Shown here in pieces: positions 46,912 through 51,863 of a stretch of DNA of 51,863 nt. The position numbers and the translations under genes are program-made. The notes under the pieces are model-generated. The model had not been told where the DNA came from and did no database searches. It worked only from the letters and a program-made list of their open reading frames with translations. Source of the DNA: Eubacteriales bacterium (GTDB taxonomy: Bacteria; Bacillota; Clostridia; Oscillospirales; CAG-272). The stretch lies in assembly GCA_045587665.1 (NCBI GenBank), contig JAZNCT010000027.1, positions 1-51,863 on the forward strand. The letters run 5' to 3'. How positions within the stretch are numbered: position 1 is the stretch's first letter; each line of letters opens with the position of its first letter.

Positions 46912-47961
46912 ATGATGAAATCTAAAAAAAGATATAGCCGCCGCCGATATAACGGCAAGCGGAGAACTGCCAGAAAGCGTTATGGCATTGCCATTTTGCT
47001 CATAATAGTTTTTGTTATAGCAGTGGTCGTGTTTGCGGTATTCCTGGGCAAATATCTTAAGCTGAAAGCTGATGCCTCAGCAGATGAACGCAATGCTACC
47101 GGGGGCACGAGCGACACTGGGGAAATTCCCGGAGGAGCAGGGGACAAAGATGAGAGCTTGCTGTATGAAGCTGAGCTTCCGAAGCGTCTTGAATCCTTAT
47201 ATATAGCTTCGGATGAGCTTGACGCTGTTCTTGAAAGCGGCGCTCGTGGGGCTTATTCGCTTGTAATGAGAAATGAGGAGGGAGAATTGTTTTATTCTTC
47301 TGAAGCGGCTCAAACGCTTGGATTACAAGCTCCCGATAACGGTATGCCGAAGATAGAGGAACTTGGCGCAAAGCTCGGTGAAGGCAATTGCTATTTCAGC
47401 GCATTCCTTTCGCTTTCCTCACATCCCGGTGGTGTGGCGGCTCTTGACGCCCTGCATGCATATGAAGCGGCACTGATCTCAGAGCTTGCTTTGGCGGGCT
47501 TTGATGAGGTGATAGTTTGTGCACCAAATAATGTCGATGAGGAAACTGTCAGGTCTTTGTGCGGACTTTCGGAGTTTTACAGGCGAGTCAGTGAAACAGC
47601 TGTCCCTCTTGGCGTTGTGCTTCCTTATTCCTTCTTTTTGGCAGAAAACGCAAATGAGCTTTGCAGAGCTCTTTCGGAGTGCTTTGAGATAATAGCGGTG
47701 GATTATACCGATATTGTGCCTGAAGCGGAGCAGAGCTTTTATGAGGCTGTGGGGGCAAGGATAGATTCAATGCAGATGTATTTTTCGAGATATTCTCTCA
47801 GAGCTGTTTTGGATCATGATAACGGGCAATATTCAGAGACCCTTGAGGCTCTCTCGGATTCTGCAATCTATCTTGTTCACTCGGTTTTGGGAAGAGAACT
47901 TTTCTCTTCTGCCGTGGTTGGTGGAGACGGCAGTAATGCTGACACGGGTGTGGCTCAATAA
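46912..47961 (+). CDS. Membrane-anchored hypothetical protein, weak DUF4015/glycoside-hydrolase-like resemblance
   Basis: Very basic N-terminus, one TM, low-complexity linker; MRNEEGELFYSS and ELALAGFDEVI recall DUF4015-type barrels. Confidence 0.55.
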   Translation: MMKSKKRYSRRRYNGKRRTARKRYGIAILLIIVFVIAVVVFAVFLGKYLKLKADASADERNATGGTSDTGEIPGGAGDKDESLLYEAELPKRLESLYIASDELDAVLESGARGAYSLVMRNEEGELFYSSEAAQTLGLQAPDNGMPKIEELGAKLGEGNCYFSAFLSLSSHPGGVAALDALHAYEAALISELALAGFDEVIVCAPNNVDEETVRSLCGLSEFYRRVSETAVPLGVVLPYSFFLAENANELCRALSECFEIIAVDYTDIVPEAEQSFYEAVGARIDSMQMYFSRYSLRAVLDHDNGQYSETLEALSDSAIYLVHSVLGRELFSSAVVGGDGSNADTGVAQ

Positions 47962-48014
47962 AATAAAGGGGCTGCTTCATTTGAATGAAGAAGCCCTTTT
48001 TTGCGGAGGTTTTT

Positions 48015-48902
48015 ATGGATTTTAAAAAGCGTTATCCTTTTGTGATCGCTGATGAAAACGGTTATGTGCTTTTAGCTTCTCCGATCGGCCTTTGCGGTGG
48101 AGATAATATTTTTTATGAGCATAGCATTTCTTCAGAAGATTCTTCGCTTATTATGAAATGTATTTTTCAAGGCAGGTGCGACAAAAGGGTGCTTGCCTCG
48201 GATCAGAAAAGCGGAAAGGCTGTTATAATAAATCTTTCTCTTTTTCCTTCAACAAGAACGATTGCGGCTATATACACGGATATTGATTTTACTGCCGCCG
48301 CTCAGATATGCAGAGCCACAGTGCCAACAGTTTTGGTAAGGCAAGGGAAGACCGTGCCGCTTAAAAGAAAGCACGAGAAGATCTTTTCTGCTCTCTCGGA
48401 TGCACTTTTTACTTCTGACGCTATGTTCTCCTCTGCTCTCTCGGATGCCGCTCATTTTTTAGGATCGCTTTCCGATAGAGTTCATGCTCTTAGCTATCTT
48501 GCAGGTGTAAGAACAAGGTTCTCTTTTGAACTGCAAACTTATACTCCTTGTGATAATTTTGATTTTGGAATGGCAAGCCTGTTCCTCATTACTGTTCTTT
48601 CTGCCGCATCGGCAAATTCGGATATGAGGCAGGCAGAGATAAATGCAGTTGACTGCGGTGGAGAAATAAAGCTTTGTGCTTCATTTTCATTGCCCTCACG
48701 CCGTATTATCAGCAATGAAGAAAGACTTTTTCTTGAAAACGGCTTTGATAAGGCTTTGAGTTATCTTCGCCGCCTTTGCGAAAGACTTAATATTCCATTT
48801 TCCTATATGGTGTCGGATAGTGTCTCGGCATCAGTAATACCTTTCAGACTTGAAGTTTCCAAGATAGGACTTAAGCATCCCTATCCGAAAATAGAAGAAT
48901 AA
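48015..48902 (+). CDS. Hypothetical protein
   Basis: Long ORF co-oriented with the upstream genes; GGAGG RBS before the ATG at 48015; no recognisable catalytic motif. Confidence 0.6.
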   Translation: MDFKKRYPFVIADENGYVLLASPIGLCGGDNIFYEHSISSEDSSLIMKCIFQGRCDKRVLASDQKSGKAVIINLSLFPSTRTIAAIYTDIDFTAAAQICRATVPTVLVRQGKTVPLKRKHEKIFSALSDALFTSDAMFSSALSDAAHFLGSLSDRVHALSYLAGVRTRFSFELQTYTPCDNFDFGMASLFLITVLSAASANSDMRQAEINAVDCGGEIKLCASFSLPSRRIISNEERLFLENGFDKALSYLRRLCERLNIPFSYMVSDSVSASVIPFRLEVSKIGLKHPYPKIEE

Positions 48903-49299
48903 AAAGTAAAAGTATAAGCATCATATCGTCATCGCCGTCATTGCCCATAATGAGCAACAGCAGAGAAGCGATGAGTAGGTCGTCACTGCTCGGATTTTCA
49001 CGCTTTTTCTTTGTAAATGACGTATCTGTATTCACCGTTTGCACATTCGGCTCTATGTTTTCTTCTGCTTTTAAAACACACTTTTCTTCACTGATTTCGT
49101 GATCCTTTTTCGGGGGTCTTTGTTCGATCTTTGGTGTGACAGCTGGTGAAAGTCTTGTTTTCTCTGGGATTGGCAGGGGGGTGGGTGCGTGAGCATATGA
49201 CATTTCTGCTTTTTGCCGTTCGTTTTTCCCAAAAGCCACCCCGCTGTAGTGACTTGGTATTCGGTATTCTTTTGGATTTGTATTGCGACTGTACATCAT
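48871..49299 (-). CDS. Hypothetical protein, probably sporulation/spore-coat associated
   Basis: IPSHYSGVAF N-terminus, Pro/Glu-rich linker, C-terminal DDLLIASLLLLI..DDDMMLILLLFILL; GGAGG RBS. Confidence 0.6.
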   Translation of the reverse strand: MMYSRNTNPKEYRIPSHYSGVAFGKNERQKAEMSYAHAPTPLPIPEKTRLSPAVTPKIEQRPPKKDHEISEEKCVLKAEENIEPNVQTVNTDTSFTKKKRENPSSDDLLIASLLLLIMGNDGDDDMMLILLLFILLFSDRDA

Positions 49300-49308
49300 G
49301 ACCCTCCC

Positions 49309-49740
49309 TTAAAGCGAACTGAGCAGCTCTCCGAGCTTTGAAAGCTTGATTATTTTTTCGATAGTATCGGCTTTTTCTCGGCTTAGATAGGGCTTTAATG
49401 CACACAGCAGAGCCTCTCTGTTGGCTTCGTTTTTGCTTTTTGAAGCTGTTTTCTTCTCTGAAAACAGCGAGAGCACCGCCGGCAGCTTTCCTATAAGCTC
49501 CGGTGATAGTGAGGATAGATCAAGAGGGCTAACAGAAGAAGTCTTTTCCTCGGCGTTTTCTTCCCCTAAGGGGAGAGGGGAAGTGTGCGCATCCTTATCC
49601 CCGGGGTCACTTTCGGGATTTGACATCGCGCCTATAGAGCTGACTATGCTCTTTATAAGCTCCGGGTTTTGGCTAAGTGTTCCAATTATGCTTTTCAGTG
49701 CGTCTGCAGAGGGGAGCTCACTTCTGTCTATATCACTCAT
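49309..49740 (-). CDS. Hypothetical protein, probably sporulation associated
   Basis: N-terminal I..L.QNPELI..I and C-terminal REALLCALKPYLSREK..TIEKIIK pattern, which I recall from small clostridial proteins; start overlaps the upstream stop. Confidence 0.65.
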   Translation of the reverse strand: MSDIDRSELPSADALKSIIGTLSQNPELIKSIVSSIGAMSNPESDPGDKDAHTSPLPLGEENAEEKTSSVSPLDLSSLSPELIGKLPAVLSLFSEKKTASKSKNEANREALLCALKPYLSREKADTIEKIIKLSKLGELLSSL

Positions 49741-49964
49741 AGGCCTCTCCTGTTTTTATATTCGTCAAGCTTCTTTTGAGCCGTTTTCAGATCTTCATCG
49801 GTTGCACCTTCAAGAGCCTTTCTGATCGAAGCGATATCACTGCCGGAAATGCCTAAACTCTTTATGTCTATCCCCGATTCGGCAGCTATCGTCTCTATCA
49901 CTCCCTTTAGCTGAGTGTCGTTTAATGAAATCAGACGGCTTAAGGCGTTGCGGTCAAGTTTCAT
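49737..49964 (-). CDS. Small helical hypothetical protein (75 aa)
   Basis: AAAGGAG RBS; first gene of a three-gene minus-strand unit. Confidence 0.65.
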   Translation of the reverse strand: MKLDRNALSRLISLNDTQLKGVIETIAAESGIDIKSLGISGSDIASIRKALEGATDEDLKTAQKKLDEYKNRRGL

Positions 49965-50061
49965 GGCATATTTCTCCTTTTCTTTTTGTTTTCAGTTTAT
50001 GCGCATTTTCTTTGGATTGACAGCAATGAGAGGGCAAAATGATTAAAATTTCTGTTTTCTA

Positions 50062-50090
50062 TTGCAACATGGGCGAAAATGTGATATCAT
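50062..50090 (+). promoter_or_regulatory. Sigma-A promoter of the udg-AEC genes
   Basis: TTGCAA (50062-50067), 17 bp, TG-n-TATCAT (-10 at 50085-50090). Confidence 0.65.
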
Positions 50091-50120
50091 ATAAGGCAGT
50101 TATTTTTTTATGGAGGCAAT

Positions 50121-50684
50121 ATGAGCTGTTGGGAAGAACTTAAATCCAAATGCGAGGCCTGCAAGGCTTGCTCGCTTTATAAAACCAGGACAAATTGCGT
50201 TTTTGGAACGGGAAATGAAAATGCAGACGTTCTTTTTGTTGGCGAAGCTCCCGGAGAAAAGGAGGATCTTAGCGGAATTCCTTTTGTTGGTGCGGCGGGA
50301 AAGCTGCTTGACAAATATCTTTATGCAGTGGATATTTCAAGAGATCAGGTCTATATAGCCAATATTCTTAAATGCCGTCCGCCAAATAACCGTGATCCCC
50401 TGCCTGAGGAAGAGGAGGCTTGCCTGCCGTTTCTGCGTGAGCAGCTAAGGCTTATGCAACCAAAAATGATAATTTGCCTTGGCAGAATATCGGCAATGAA
50501 GCTGATAAAGCCGGATTTTAAAATAACAAAAGAGCACGGACAGTGGTTTAAAAAGGGAAACTATCTTATGACTGCTGTTTATCATCCTGCAGCACTCCTC
50601 AGAGACCCACGCAAAAAAGAGGACATGCTCTCTGATATGCAGAATATAAAGGCAAAGCTGGAAGAGCTTTTAAAAGATAATTGA
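50121..50684 (+). CDS. Uracil-DNA glycosylase family 4 (Fe-S)
   Basis: CKACSL, VGEAPG, PFVGAAGKLL, NILKCRPPNNR and YHPAALLR. Confidence 0.93.
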   Translation: MSCWEELKSKCEACKACSLYKTRTNCVFGTGNENADVLFVGEAPGEKEDLSGIPFVGAAGKLLDKYLYAVDISRDQVYIANILKCRPPNNRDPLPEEEEACLPFLREQLRLMQPKMIICLGRISAMKLIKPDFKITKEHGQWFKKGNYLMTAVYHPAALLRDPRKKEDMLSDMQNIKAKLEELLKDN

Positions 50685-50700
50685 GAAAGAGATATAATAA

Positions 50701-51654
50701 ATGAGTACAGAATCGTTTTCTTCGCTTATACAGATAATGACAGTCCTGTTTTTCCTTTTGGCAACAGGTTTTTTGGCCAGAAAAACAGGAATTATAGATG
50801 AAGTTGCATCAAAGAGACTTTCAAAGCTGATAGTCCATATCGGTCAGCCGATGATGATTGTCTATTCACTGATAAAAATTGAATATTCGGCAGAAAACAC
50901 AAGGGCAGGCTTTACTATGTTTGCCTTGGGAATCGGAGTTCACCTGCTTCTCTGCGTAATGGCTTTTTTTGCTTCTAAAACCGTTAAGAATTTTGAGGAA
51001 CACAAAATTGCGGAGTTTTCTCTGATATTCGCAAATGCCGGCTTTATTGGATTTCCTATCTTTAAGTCGATCTTTGGAGATATCGGTGAATTTTGGGGTT
51101 CCTTTTATGTTATCGGATTCCACCTTTTCGTTTGGACTTGGGGAATGATAATTCTTGCAAGAGGCAGAAATGATATAAAGATGAATGCAAAAAAGATCTT
51201 CATAAATTTTGGCACCGTTCCTTGCTTTATCGGCATAGCACTTTATTTTTTGATGCGTTTTATAGATATACCCGATGTTATAATAACCTACACGGGCTAT
51301 CTCAATAACCTTTGCACGCCAATATCTGTTCTCATAGTTGGAGCACTGATCGCAACAAGAAGCACAAAGCAGATATTCTGCGATCTTAAAATGTACTATA
51401 TCTGCTTGATGAGACTTATCATAATGCCGCTTATTATCTGCGCTGTGGCAAAGCTTGTGGGTCTGCCCGACTATATGGTTCTTTTTGCAACGGCGGCTGC
51501 GGCTCTGCCCAGTGCAACAAATATAACTATGTTTGCCGAGATTTATGATATTGCACCCGGTTATGCGGCACAAACGGTTGGCGTTACATCTCTTTTCACT
51601 GTTGTAACCTTGCCTTGTATTATGCTTGTGGCAGATTTTATTGTGAGACTGTAA
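50701..51654 (+). CDS. AEC (auxin efflux carrier) family transporter
   Basis: About 10 TM helices; FANAGFIGFPI, PISVLIVGA and ALPSATN..FAE.Y. Confidence 0.88.
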   Translation: MSTESFSSLIQIMTVLFFLLATGFLARKTGIIDEVASKRLSKLIVHIGQPMMIVYSLIKIEYSAENTRAGFTMFALGIGVHLLLCVMAFFASKTVKNFEEHKIAEFSLIFANAGFIGFPIFKSIFGDIGEFWGSFYVIGFHLFVWTWGMIILARGRNDIKMNAKKIFINFGTVPCFIGIALYFLMRFIDIPDVIITYTGYLNNLCTPISVLIVGALIATRSTKQIFCDLKMYYICLMRLIIMPLIICAVAKLVGLPDYMVLFATAAAALPSATNITMFAEIYDIAPGYAAQTVGVTSLFTVVTLPCIMLVADFIVRL

Positions 51655-51691
51655 GGTGAAATCATAAACATAAAAAAATCTGAAAAAAGTA

Positions 51692-51720
51692 TTGACAAAT
51701 TGATTTTTCGGTGATATAAT
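51692..51720 (+). promoter_or_regulatory. Consensus sigma-A promoter of a tRNA operon
   Basis: TTGACA (51692-51697), 17 bp, TG-n-TATAAT (-10 at 51715-51720), with A-tracts upstream (UP-element-like). Confidence 0.88.
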
Positions 51721-51754
51721 ATATAACGTTGTCACGGCAAGTGGCAGCGGACAT

Positions 51755-51830
51755 GGGAGCATAGCTCAGTTGGGAGAGCATCTGCCTTACAAGCAGAGGG
51801 TCATAGGTTCGAGCCCTATTGTTCCCACCA
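51755..51830 (+). tRNA. tRNA-Val (TAC)
   Basis: 76-nt cloverleaf; anticodon arm TCTGC-CT-TAC-AA-GCAGA; GTTCGAG T-loop; encoded CCA. Confidence 0.97.
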
Positions 51831-51834
51831 TGTT

Positions 51835-51863
51835 GGCCCGGTAGTTCAGTTGGTTAGAACGCT
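51835..51863 (+). tRNA. Partial tRNA (5' end only; probably tRNA-Asp)
   Basis: GGCCCGGTAGTTCAGTTGGTTAGAAC gives an acceptor strand plus D arm typical of Firmicute tRNA-Asp. The anticodon lies outside the window. Confidence 0.7.

Noticed and set aside
48387..48448. 17-bp direct repeat TCTGCTCTCTCGGATGC, two copies 45 bp apart
   Set aside because: Only two copies, in frame within a CDS (SALSDA twice). A small intragenic duplication, not a CRISPR or att site.
1..51863. CRISPR array, rRNA, IS/transposase or recognisable anti-phage defence genes
   Set aside because: No regularly spaced repeats or matching protein motifs seen. The PD-(D/E)xK and helicase domains present belong to the housekeeping AddAB.

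Overview
This is a chromosomal segment from a low-GC Firmicute (Clostridia; the gene content resembles gut Oscillospiraceae/Ruminococcaceae). It is mostly housekeeping: tmcAL, a ROK kinase, aroK-recR-ybaB-dnaX with the large SRP RNA, a lone divergent type IIA topoisomerase B subunit, tRNA-Ser, ABC-F, a queG-like gene, addB/addA, rpmB, mtaB, upp, an rluA-family gene, lnt, hprK, a PrsA-like PPIase, family-4 UDG, an AEC transporter and tRNA-Val plus the start of a second tRNA. Three things stand out. (1) A 12.2-kb, seven-gene carbohydrate-uptake operon combines a giant (~1080 aa) solute-binding protein, four ABC permeases, an NHL-propeller/TPR/Yip1 fusion membrane protein and a DUF5696-like secreted protein. 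It has no ATPase, regulator or recognisable hydrolase, and sits behind a ~340-nt structured leader. (2) A minimal phage-like switch lies next to tRNA-Ser: an XRE/S24 autocleavable repressor, a Zn-finger gene and an ArpU/RinA-like activator, with two perfect face-to-face sigma-A promoters and three putative operators. There is no integrase or structural gene, and the repressor heads the ABC-F...addBA gene run. (3) A highly diverged, apparently catalytically dead PurL-like paralogue follows mtaB. The first 25 bases are an untrimmed MGI/BGI sequencing adapter, so they are not genomic. I saw no CRISPR array, rRNA or IS element. All family assignments come from motif recognition by eye; no database searches were run.
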